A program made the position numbers and the translations under genes. The notes under the pieces were generated by a model. The model saw nothing but the letters and a program-made list of their open reading frames with translations, did no database searches and was not told the origin of the DNA. Below, in pieces: positions 51,859 through 61,296 of a DNA stretch of 64,000 bases. Source of the stretch: Trypanosoma brucei. Taxonomy: Eukaryota. The stretch lies in contig CM000208.1 of assembly GCA_000002445.1 (NCBI GenBank), positions 3,776,001 through 3,840,000 on the forward strand, written 5' to 3'. How positions within the stretch are numbered: position 1 is the first letter of the stretch; every line of letters starts with the position of its first letter.

Positions 51859-52341
51859 TGGACAGAGCATAGAGATAAATGATGTGCCATGAGCAACGCG
51901 CAGAAGCGGGCCTGAGGCCGTCCCCAAACTCAAAAACTCTGATGATCCCCGTCTCGAAGCCATTTTGCGCCCCCCACATCACATAGATTCAGGGGGTTGG
52001 TTCTTTCATGTGTGTCTCTTCAACACTTAATCTACTATCCCACGTCCCCCTTTCTCTTGATGCCACCTACTCATTTCTGCATTCACCCTCACTTTCCCCT
52101 TGATCACCTTGTCGCACGTTATTTCTAATGCAGAGCCAGAGGCACACAATTTTAATGTATATTCTTCATCCCCTTTGTTTCGTACCGATGGACCGTGCGT
52201 CGTAGTTTTATTAGGGTAAGGCGATTACCACCCCTGCGTCACCCTAACGGCCCCAGCCGGATACGTAGCCGGCACGTGCAACCACGCGAAAGCTGTAGCA
52301 GAAATTGACCGGGGGCTCACGCTTGGTGATACTCTCACGTG

Positions 52342-54684
52342 ATGTCTCTGGGATGTGATCAACACACGCACAACAGATTTAATGGACCCACAGAACACAG
52401 TGCCAGCTCGCACGGTATGCCATCTGAAGCCGGAGAAAAACGTTATGCCGCAGTGCATGATGCACAGCCGATTCAGGGTAGTGGTAAGCCGGCGGACAGT
52501 TCGGAATCACATGACCAGGCGCCCTACCCAGGCCCAAATCTGGGGCTGGTAACGGAGGCTATGACAATGGAGCGTGCGGTTCGCGTCCCACGGGCACTAC
52601 GAGCGGCAACGAGGCGAACGATGCTTGACGTGCTCGGCCACCTACATCTCACTGGTTGCCGCGAAGCCCACAACCACAGAGCCAATGCAACTTCCTGGCA
52701 AGATTACGCCCCACAGCGGCAGCAGTGGGAACACCAAATAGCAAGAGACACACGTACAGAGCACCATGGGTCGGACGAAAAGGAAGGAACAATACGCCAG
52801 CCCCCAAAGGATTTGTCGAGAAGCCTGCTGCATCTTCTACCCCCACGGCGAAGTGAGGTATCTGGTGGGTGTTTTGGTTTCAGCACAAATTCACGAGACT
52901 ACGGTGATGGTATCCCACCTTACGATTCCACAGCCGGTCCTGATGATGTCCGACCGAAATGGCGGCAGGGGATGGCAAATGCCGCGGAACGCGAGCAAAG
53001 CGATCGTAGGGTTGAAAGACAGCAGTCGAAACAGCGTTCATTGCTTTCTATACTCGAGGAAAGCGACTCAGAACCGAAGCACAACGCACGCCAAAAGTCT
53101 GGGCGCCAGTTCAATGAATTAGGCAATGTTGCACAAAAAAGGGGGAGGTGCTGTCCGTTGGATATGGATCTGGAAGATCCCCGTGATTCAGCCGGAAAGC
53201 CAGTAAAGCGTGCTACATCCTCATGGGGACGCTGGGAGGGCAATGATCTGATTGAGCCAGCACATTCCATTGCAGGCAGTGGGCCTCCCGCAACGCGTCC
53301 AAACAGAGTAGAGGTATTATTGGATGACGGAACATTGGGTCGGGGGTCAGTTTTTACCAGAAGTAGCACAGGTTCAACTGCGTCAGGAAGGGGTGAAGGC
53401 AGACATAGTTTAGCTGATATCCTCGCAACCGACGATGCGGATGATCGTTTTCGTGCCACGAATACGGTAGAGAGGCCAGAGGTGACTGCGGGGCGCGCAA
53501 AAGGTTCCGCTGCAATAAGGCGGTTGGCAGGTAACCCAACAGCGGAGCGAGTCATTGCCTACCTTACTCGCTCATTCAATGAATGGAAATTGAGTAGAAG
53601 TCTGTCTCATGCCCCTAAAAGGAATGATGAAACATACCCGATAACAGGGGCTACGTGTAGCTCGGCCATGCCACAGGGGTCTGGCACAGTTAGGGTCCAT
53701 TTGGGCTTTTTGGTTTCAAAAGTTGAGTGTGCTTTTTCTCTCTACATGCTCCGCGGGAGAATTGTGTGGGCGGATGAAAAAGTCAAAAGGGAAATTGAAA
53801 GCGACAACTTTCGCTCGTGTTTTACAGGGTTAAGGAGTGATGAACAAGGAGACTTCCTTGAACAGCAACAGCGGGGGATAGCAACAAACATTGAATGGAC
53901 CATCGTTTTAACGACCGATGCGTTCCGCCCGAATGTTGTGTCATCGGGTAAGAACATTTACCTCTCCCGACCGTTCTTCGTGTATCCTGCTGCACATGTT
54001 ATTGTTTCTTCCCTTAACATCACCACAGACGCTGCACAGATGCCCAATGGGCAGCACACCAAACGTCACCACTTCGAGAGCGGTGACGGGTTTGGGGAGT
54101 CGTGCAGTGACAAAAACAGGAATCACACTGATCACGCCAAAGGCGCGGCGACAACGGATACGATAACACCAGACCGCCGTCACACGGTCTCGCATGCCTT
54201 TTCCACTGATCCCTCTCCGTCTTGGGTCTACGACCCCCTGGTGCGCGAGGTCAAAAATAGGACTCCAACAGGCAGTTCGCACGGCATGATATGTGGGAGA
54301 GAACAGGGGAGAACCACCGTCATGCGATTGGGGCCACACATCGGACTCCACCCATGTGGAGAAGGGGCCGACAGTACCAAAAAACCTTCACATTCAGCGG
54401 CAAGCGACGCCCTTCATACAGACGTGGAAAACGACCCGGTGGGTGCCGGATTTCCCCGCGGCCCCGGGGAGGAATGGGAAGTTCCACTGGAGCTACTCTT
54501 GTCGCTGAGATGTCAGATCGCCGATAACATCCTCTCACCTTCCCCAAAGACCTCGCAGGGATGGGGTGGAGAAGCCATATTGGCTGAGGGTCATTCCTCT
54601 GATAGTCAGTTCTTGACTCCACCTCGCTCGCAGTTGAGACTGTCCTCGTCGCTTTCTTCTTTGCTAACGCCTGATGGTTGTTGA
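52342..54684 (+). CDS. Hypothetical protein
   Basis: The 2.3-kb ORF is co-oriented. The track start at 52339 is a GTG; the first ATG is 52342. No recognisable domain. Confidence 0.55.
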   Translation: MSLGCDQHTHNRFNGPTEHSASSHGMPSEAGEKRYAAVHDAQPIQGSGKPADSSESHDQAPYPGPNLGLVTEAMTMERAVRVPRALRAATRRTMLDVLGHLHLTGCREAHNHRANATSWQDYAPQRQQWEHQIARDTRTEHHGSDEKEGTIRQPPKDLSRSLLHLLPPRRSEVSGGCFGFSTNSRDYGDGIPPYDSTAGPDDVRPKWRQGMANAAEREQSDRRVERQQSKQRSLLSILEESDSEPKHNARQKSGRQFNELGNVAQKRGRCCPLDMDLEDPRDSAGKPVKRATSSWGRWEGNDLIEPAHSIAGSGPPATRPNRVEVLLDDGTLGRGSVFTRSSTGSTASGRGEGRHSLADILATDDADDRFRATNTVERPEVTAGRAKGSAAIRRLAGNPTAERVIAYLTRSFNEWKLSRSLSHAPKRNDETYPITGATCSSAMPQGSGTVRVHLGFLVSKVECAFSLYMLRGRIVWADEKVKREIESDNFRSCFTGLRSDEQGDFLEQQQRGIATNIEWTIVLTTDAFRPNVVSSGKNIYLSRPFFVYPAAHVIVSSLNITTDAAQMPNGQHTKRHHFESGDGFGESCSDKNRNHTDHAKGAATTDTITPDRRHTVSHAFSTDPSPSWVYDPLVREVKNRTPTGSSHGMICGREQGRTTVMRLGPHIGLHPCGEGADSTKKPSHSAASDALHTDVENDPVGAGFPRGPGEEWEVPLELLLSLRCQIADNILSPSPKTSQGWGGEAILAEGHSSDSQFLTPPRSQLRLSSSLSSLLTPDGC

Positions 54685-55147
54685 TCAGGACGGCATCCAT
54701 GTGCATGCGTGTAGCCGCTTTTCTAGTCCTTTGTATCAGTTATAGTGGAGGGGTGCGTATACCTTTTCAGTGTTTGGTTGCATTATTATTATTTTTTTTT
54801 AACAAACAGTGACGCTCTTTATGTGCTTACTGATGTGCGGCAAGCTACGATGCTCCGGGTCATTGCCTGCTTTTATCCCCTTCTATGTGTATTCGTTTTC
54901 TCATATTCGTGACCCTCAGCGGTGAAGTTGCACGTGAGGCGATTCAACTGCGCAAACACAACGTGTCCCTTGTTGATCACAATTTATTTCACGACAGTGA
55001 TGGTGAGTAACGTTTTTACTTCCCTGAATCCTGACAACCCTGGCCTAACTCACCGAGACCGTCGTTACCAAGGAGTAAGATAAACAGATAGGTACACCGC
55101 CAAAAAAAAAAGCAAGAAGCTACACAGAGCAAAAGAGGAGAAAAGAA

Positions 55148-55585
55148 ATGGCAAATGGCGTAACGGCAAACAGCATGCGGGTGAGTGTTAAGGCCCCAGA
55201 TCTCGGAGCATTTCCACTTGACCACTATCGTGAGTGTAAGAGCGAAATTGAGGAATATTACACGTGCCTCAGGAGTAACGATTACGTCACTCCCATGTGT
55301 CGTGAGCAGGTGCGGGCGTATTTGCAGTGTCGTATGGACCGCGGTCTCATGAAACCTGCTGATATTGAGGGCTTTGGTATTCCAGAAACAGAGTTTGTTC
55401 CAATGCGCCAACACCGCGCAGACATACGACAGCAGTGGTTACGGCAGAAGATGAATCAAGTCACGGCGGTGTGGGAAAGTTATAGGCGAGACGACTTGAA
55501 CGTCCCGGACGGTTATGAGCGGCCGAGGGGCAGCGACTCCGGTGGAAGACCGCAGCCGCTACCCGGCGAAACGAACAAAACATGA
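55148..55585 (+). CDS. COX19: Cytochrome c oxidase assembly protein COX19 (twin Cx9C / CHCH protein)
   Basis: GAFPLDHYRECKSEIEEYYTCLRSNDYVTPMCREQVRAYLQCRMDRGLM has two Cx9C pairs. It aligns almost residue-for-residue with COX19 as I recall it (GSFPLDHLGECK...C...C...YLECRMERKLM). Confidence 0.85.
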   Translation: MANGVTANSMRVSVKAPDLGAFPLDHYRECKSEIEEYYTCLRSNDYVTPMCREQVRAYLQCRMDRGLMKPADIEGFGIPETEFVPMRQHRADIRQQWLRQKMNQVTAVWESYRRDDLNVPDGYERPRGSDSGGRPQPLPGETNKT

Positions 55586-55770
55586 TGAGTGCCCAAGTGT
55601 GGCGCGAACAAGGCAGCAGTGATGGAGGTCTGTTGTCCATCCCTTTCCTTCTTCTACAACTCCCTTCTGATTAGCGCACGCGTGTAAAAAGTAGGGAAGA
55701 ATCATTACCACTTCGCAAGACGTGCAACGGCAGCACGACACATGTTTCTTTTTTGGCGCGCGATATCGGT

Positions 55771-55806
55771 CTGTTTTTTTTTTACTTTTACCGTTTTTTT
55801 TTTTAA
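55771..55806 (+). promoter_or_regulatory. Polypyrimidine tract; candidate trans-splicing/polyadenylation signal
   Basis: 'ctgttttttttttacttttaccgttttttttttt' lies between COX19 and the actin-related gene. Inferred role only. Confidence 0.35.
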
Positions 55807-56352
55807 TCCGTTGGACGCACGTTGAGTTCCCTGTTCTATATTCCAATTTTGCTCGGTTTTGCGCAGCATGACCGTGTTTCATCCCTATCCCGGGCCTAAC
55901 TCTTTGGCCCAGTTTGTTGTTAAGGATACATTATAGTTAAATAATGGGAACCAAGGGTGTGACAAAAAATAAACGAAGAGGAACGGTGTATGAGTGAGAA
56001 GCACAAGGTTTTCGCCTATTTTTTGTTAGGTGAAAACGGAGGAAGCTGGGCTTTACGACAAACGCGTTCCCCCTCTCCGTGTTTATCTTTGCTAAGACGT
56101 ATAGTCTTTTTCCCGAGTGGCTGATGGCTGGTCACGGGGGTGGATCAGGGAGGGAAAAAAGGACATTGCATAAAAAACATATTCGTACGTTACACCTTTT
56201 TTTTATTCACAGCTGAAACTTTACTCATGTCTCACCCCCTCTTTTTAAAAAAAAAAAATAAGAAACTTTTCCTGGGCGTTTGGTTGGGTGGTAAACGGCC
56301 CTTTCCGGTGCAAAAGGGCAAAGCAACGGAAGACACGGTGTGACGTGGTCTA

Positions 56353-57555
56353 ATGAGCGAAAAGCTCCCCGTTGTGCTAGACAATGGGAGTGGCTTTCTC
56401 AAGTGTGGTTTTGCGGGGTCAAACTTTCCTGAAGTCTTCTTTCGGACCGCCGTCGGCCGCCCCGTTCTCCGCCAGACTAAAGTGAGTGAAGGCAGGAGTA
56501 GCAAAAGAAAAGATACACAAGTGGATCCACTGACGAAAGACCTTGTATTGGGTGATGAATGTAATGGTGCTCATCATCTTCTAGACATGACCTTTCCAAT
56601 ACACAATGGCGTCATCCAGAATATGGACGACATGCGTTATCTGTGGAAGCATGCTTTTCACAATTTGCTTTCTATTGAACCAGAGGATCACAGCTTACTA
56701 ATATCGGAGGCACCGCTCTTTAGTCACAAAGACCGCGTTAAGTTGTACGAGGTCATGTTCGAGGAATTCAAATTTCCATTCGTACAGTCCACACCGCAGG
56801 GAGTCCTCTCGCTGTTCTCCAACGGCCTGCAGACGGGAGTTGCAGTCGAGTGCGGCGAGTGCGTGTCGCATTGCACACCCATTTTTGAGGGTTATACAAT
56901 CCCCAAGGCGAACAGACGGGTAGACTTAGGTGGGCGGAATATCACCGAGTTTCTTGTCAGGCTTATGCAGCGGCGCGGATATAGTTTTAACCAAAGCAGT
57001 GATTTTGAAACGGTGAGGTGTATTAAGGAGCGGTTCTGCTACGCTGCTGTGGACCCCAAACTGGAGCAGCGACTAGCGCTTGAGACAACGGTGCTAGAAA
57101 AGACATTCCTACTACCGGATGGTTCCAGTTGCAGCATCGGACAGGAGCGCTTCGAGGCGACGGAGGCGCTGTTTCAACCACGTTTAATAGACGTCGAGTG
57201 CGAGGGCATTTCCTCCCAGCTCTGGAATTGCATTCAGGCCACAGATATTGACGTGCGGTTTGCTTTGTATTCGCACGTTGTACTTTCCGGTGGCTCAACC
57301 ATGTTCCCCGGTTTTCCCAGTCGTATTGAGCGCGACATGCGAGCCGCCTATTCCGAGAGAATAGTTAAGGGGGACCCAGAGAGGCTCTCTCGTTTTCCAC
57401 TGTGTGTTGAAGATCCACCTAGGCGTCGCTGGATGTCGTTTTTAGGTGGAGCAGCCCTTGCGGCGGTGACGGCTGGCAATCACGACATGTGGCTTAGTAA
57501 GAAGGAGTGGGATGAAGGCGGTGCTTCTGCCATACAGGCCCGATTTGGGGTTTAG
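56353..57555 (+). CDS. Actin-related protein (actin fold, divergent ARP)
   Basis: The N-terminus MSEKLPVVLDNGSGFLKCGFAGSNFPEVFFRTAVGRP matches the actin phosphate-1 motif (xxDNGSGxxKxGFAGxxxPxxxFPxxVGRP). Later segments match too: LLISEAPLFSHKDRVKLYEVMFEEF, VDLGGRNITEFL, ALYSHVVLSGGSTMFPGF. It is divergent from conventional actin, so an ARP. Confidence 0.85.
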   Translation: MSEKLPVVLDNGSGFLKCGFAGSNFPEVFFRTAVGRPVLRQTKVSEGRSSKRKDTQVDPLTKDLVLGDECNGAHHLLDMTFPIHNGVIQNMDDMRYLWKHAFHNLLSIEPEDHSLLISEAPLFSHKDRVKLYEVMFEEFKFPFVQSTPQGVLSLFSNGLQTGVAVECGECVSHCTPIFEGYTIPKANRRVDLGGRNITEFLVRLMQRRGYSFNQSSDFETVRCIKERFCYAAVDPKLEQRLALETTVLEKTFLLPDGSSCSIGQERFEATEALFQPRLIDVECEGISSQLWNCIQATDIDVRFALYSHVVLSGGSTMFPGFPSRIERDMRAAYSERIVKGDPERLSRFPLCVEDPPRRRWMSFLGGAALAAVTAGNHDMWLSKKEWDEGGASAIQARFGV

Positions 57556-57988
57556 ATCCCTTGCAAGTGTTCCTGTGGCCACATCGAAGATGGGGATCGA
57601 GTTGAGATTCTCCGCTCAGTGTGTGAAGGTGTCCACTCTTTGTTTTCGCCCACTCCTCTTTACAACACCCCTTAGCTGCGGTGATATTAGTGCCCACTTT
57701 ACTTAAAGTGATTAATGTCGTGTTATTCCCTTCCTTAAATCAGCTTTACCTCTTCCAGCTTCATCCCCACCTGCTTGTTTACACCTTTTCATTCAATGCA
57801 CACACACACCCCACACACCCATACACACTACTTTTAAGTCGTGGCTAGTGAAGTGAAGGAGGTGCAGCATCTCCGTCAAGGGGGGGAAAATTGAGGGCAC
57901 GCTAACAAGTGCCGTTCTACGCTGCAACATAACACAAAGGCACGTGTGCAACAGCATTTACCGCGGTTGCAGGGGTGCACAGGAAACC

Positions 57989-58612
57989 ATGGGTAAGAAA
58001 AAGAACACGGCGATGCACGCCATTAAAACTGTTTTGATGAAGGAAAAGAACCTTGCACAGAAAAAGAAGCGGGAAATGGATAGCCATCACGAAGTACCGG
58101 AGCAGGTGCTAACGAAGGTGAAGGATACTGCTGCTGTGCGCTTTCAGCGGAACCAATTAACCGTCGCAGCGCCGCTGCAAACGAACATGTTTCTCTCCTA
58201 CAACAAGAGTCTTGGACCGCCATTCCATATTTGGCTTGACACAAACTTCATAAACTTCTCCATGCAGAACAAGATTGAAATTGTGGAAGGATTGATGGAC
58301 TGCATGCTTGCGAAAGTCATCCCGTGTGTATGTGATTGCGTGATGGCAGAATTAGAAAAACTCGGAAAGAAATTTCGGATCGCGCTGAAAATCGCACGTG
58401 ACAAACGTTTCAAGCGTTTGACATGTGACGGCAAGTACGCGGATGACTGTGTTGTACGGACTGTAACACAACATCCAATTTACATCGTGGCAACATGCGA
58501 CCAGGAGCTTAAGCGGCGTCTGCGTAAAATACCTGGCGTACCCATCATGTACATTTCAAAGCATCGCTACACCATTGAGCGGTTACCAGAGGTCTATGGA
58601 GCTCCAGCTTAA
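57989..58612 (+). CDS. FCF1: rRNA-processing protein FCF1/UTP24 (PIN-domain nuclease of the SSU processome)
   Basis: LGPPFHIWLDTNFINFS...LMDC...KVIPCVCDCVMAELEKLGKKFRIALKIARDKRF...YADDCVVRTVTQHPIYIVATCDQELKRRLRKIPGVPIMYISKHRYTIERLPEVYGAPA matches FCF1 from memory across the whole PIN domain. The track ORF starts at a GTG at 57944; the ATG for MGKKKN is at 57989. Confidence 0.9.
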   Translation: MGKKKNTAMHAIKTVLMKEKNLAQKKKREMDSHHEVPEQVLTKVKDTAAVRFQRNQLTVAAPLQTNMFLSYNKSLGPPFHIWLDTNFINFSMQNKIEIVEGLMDCMLAKVIPCVCDCVMAELEKLGKKFRIALKIARDKRFKRLTCDGKYADDCVVRTVTQHPIYIVATCDQELKRRLRKIPGVPIMYISKHRYTIERLPEVYGAPA

Positions 58613-58937
58613 CGATGCCCACACACAGCGGTAAATATGGCGGAAACACATTTCTGTGGGAATGCGTACAGGCACCTCCAAGCGGGTGGGTTTGTCTGTC
58701 TGTTAACTAAGTCGAGTAATCCGATTACCGTGAGGGGACGAGTGCATTGCGGTTGGTTAAGGTCTCAGTCCCTTCTGGGGTGGGGGAGGGAGAGTTTGCC
58801 TCAGCTGTGCGTTTTTCCTCCTCATTCTTCTGACCTGTGTATAAACTTATACCTGGGTACGACTCCTTATCGGTTTAATTTCATCGTTATGTCTTCTGCT
58901 CCCCTTTTACTGGCCTCCTACTGTCTCTCGGAAAACA

Positions 58938-59762
58938 ATGTGCCGGAAGCAGCCAGCTGCCGTTAGGATGACAGCAGTACCTGTGGCAGCTGCGGTCTTT
59001 GTCCTTCGTGGCGGCCCTGTACACTACGAAGGTGCCTGGCGCCGCGGTGCACAGTCTCTGGTTACCTTTAGCACACATGTGGGCTTGACACCGTCCTTCT
59101 CCCCTTCGGCAGTCCACATCGCCCCGCAGCTGTTCCAACGGCGGTGCCGCAGCTTTCACTTTTATCTCAATCTTAGCGATGCGGCGGAAACGCGGCGACA
59201 CGTCGAGGAGGACCTCGCACGTATCGACCAGGAGCACCAGCGCGGAACTATGACTCACCTCCATGCGCTGTTAAACCTTGCGCTCGCGCATTACCAAGGC
59301 GGGGATTACGTAGCGGCCCGGGAGTACGCGATTCACGTCCACGAAAGGACGTTGCAACACAGCAAGGATGCAACCTTCCTGTACTTCACGGCTACCACTT
59401 GTGCAAGGTGCGCTGGGGCTTTGGCCGATGCCTACGAGGCGCATGTGCGTGAAACAGAAGAGGCTGCTGCTGTGTCCTCAACATTAACACCACCCGTGTC
59501 AACTCTCCTTAGGGCAGAGCGGGTTATTGCGAAGCTTCGGGAGGATGCCAGAAGGTACGAAGGTATTGCGCAGCGAATGCTTAACCGACCGGATAAGGCC
59601 TTTATGCGGAAGGTGTCGACAACATGGACAGAAGACTCGCGGCAGGACGATGAGGAGCCGCAAGAACCTTTCGGAGAACAGTGGAAAGAGCGTCGCAAAC
59701 GACCGGAGCATGCGGCCATCCGGCAGCACTACAAGAATTGTGGTATTGGTGTACCGAAGTGA
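58938..59762 (+). CDS. Hypothetical protein (helical, TPR-like segment)
   Basis: 274-aa ORF from an ATG, co-oriented. LLNLALAHYQGGDYVAAREYAIHVHERTL resembles a TPR-type helix pair. No confident family assignment. Confidence 0.5.
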   Translation: MCRKQPAAVRMTAVPVAAAVFVLRGGPVHYEGAWRRGAQSLVTFSTHVGLTPSFSPSAVHIAPQLFQRRCRSFHFYLNLSDAAETRRHVEEDLARIDQEHQRGTMTHLHALLNLALAHYQGGDYVAAREYAIHVHERTLQHSKDATFLYFTATTCARCAGALADAYEAHVRETEEAAAVSSTLTPPVSTLLRAERVIAKLREDARRYEGIAQRMLNRPDKAFMRKVSTTWTEDSRQDDEEPQEPFGEQWKERRKRPEHAAIRQHYKNCGIGVPK

Positions 59763-59948
59763 ATGAAGTGGAGGTGCAACCACTGCTAGCACTAAATGGG
59801 AGAGATGTCACACTGATGTGGGGGACGTGGGGATGCCCACGGGGAAGAATAAGTTGCGTTGTTTGGTGGGGATGTTGGTCTCTGATATCCTTATTGAGAG
59901 TTGCAACGCGGCCCAACCTGACAGCTAGAAGTACAGGGTCGCGAGCGG

Positions 59949-59976
59949 CGTGTGTGTGTGTGTGTGTGTATGTGTA
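59949..59976. repeat. (GT)n microsatellite
   Basis: Intergenic run 'gcgtgtgtgtgtgtgtgtgtgtatgtgtatgcg'. Confidence 0.9.
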
Positions 59977-60269
59977 TGCGTTGGGTGCTCATCACTGTGA
60001 TTGTCGCTGTTGTGGTGTGTTGCGTCGTAGAAAGAGCTGGTGCTATGGATCCCTTTGCTCTGTCATTTGTTTTACAACGTTTTTCTGCTCTAGCTATTAT
60101 AGCACCTCTCTTTCTCTGGAAGGTATTTCGAAGGGGCGGCACGTGGTCCTATTTCCTGAGGAGGACGCTGACGCACGTTGACAGTCGCAGAGGGTGACAA
60201 AAGTTGTACTAGTTTGTGCACAAGGGATACAAGACGGGAAAGAAGTTGGGGAACGCAGTTAAGGAAAAC

Positions 60270-61070
60270 ATGCGACGCTGCGCGGCATGCCTTACTTCGT
60301 TGACCGTTTCGAGCCCCACCGGTGCCGCTGTTGGTGCCTCTGCCGCGCCCTTGAAAACTCAAGCACCGAGCAATCGATCGCTTCTCGGGTACCCTCTGCG
60401 CCGTGCAGCAGCCATGGAGATGCTTTATGGTGGTATCTGTATCCAACATCTTGCACAACCGCCGTTCCCGCTGCGTACAATACAGTCGGAAAGCCTCCCA
60501 CCTCCATCACTACAGGGGGAACGTGATGACTTGGAGCTCGAAGTAAAAGACTCCACAGGTAATGTCATGGGGTATCGACTATTCCCCGTTAACATCGGCA
60601 TACGAGCCCGCACAGAATCCGTTCGAGTACGTAGTGAGGACTGTTATAAGCGCTTCTTGGCTCAAAAGCACTGTGCAGCGGCGGGTGTCCCTCTGCAGTT
60701 CCCCGCACCGTCGAGCATAACGAACAGCAACTGCCTCGCCACTCCAAGGGCCGCCTCTCACTTTCACCCGCCATCATCAAGTCTATCCCTCTTCACACGG
60801 CCAGCTGACTCCCAAGGTGGTGACGTTGGCCGAACGACGCCAGCAGATGTGGCCGCGTACCATCCGCGTGCATGGCGGCCTTATCAGATGCTGAAGCCAA
60901 TGCCACACAACTGGGGCCCAGCCGTCCGGTCCTCCGGTGTACGTGGGCCTCACATGCAGTTGTTGCAGGAACGGATCGACAAGAAGGGTTTTGGGTGGAA
61001 ACGCAAGTCTCGATCGCTGTGGCAACAGGATATTTCGACAGCTGGGTTTCGGCCCAAACGGTACTTCTGA
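60270..61070 (+). CDS. Hypothetical protein (weak call)
   Basis: Co-oriented ORF. The track start at 60216 is a GTG; the first ATG is 60270 (MRRCAACL...). The region has ORFs in several frames, so coding status is uncertain. Confidence 0.35.
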   Translation: MRRCAACLTSLTVSSPTGAAVGASAAPLKTQAPSNRSLLGYPLRRAAAMEMLYGGICIQHLAQPPFPLRTIQSESLPPPSLQGERDDLELEVKDSTGNVMGYRLFPVNIGIRARTESVRVRSEDCYKRFLAQKHCAAAGVPLQFPAPSSITNSNCLATPRAASHFHPPSSSLSLFTRPADSQGGDVGRTTPADVAAYHPRAWRPYQMLKPMPHNWGPAVRSSGVRGPHMQLLQERIDKKGFGWKRKSRSLWQQDISTAGFRPKRYF

Positions 61071-61296
61071 GGTTGGGGAATATATATGGTTGTGGTGGAC
61101 AGCAACAACTTTCTTTCCCTCCATTTTCTTTCGTGGGAAATGGACTGCCGTAACCATCGATTGGGCACAACAGGGATCACTTTCACTTTCCTATCTTCTT
61201 TGTTGAGAATATGGAGTAATCGTGTGCTTCACCGCTGTCGCCATTACCACTACCTAAAATACCCCTTAGTAGCAGTAATAATAGTGACAAGCAGTA

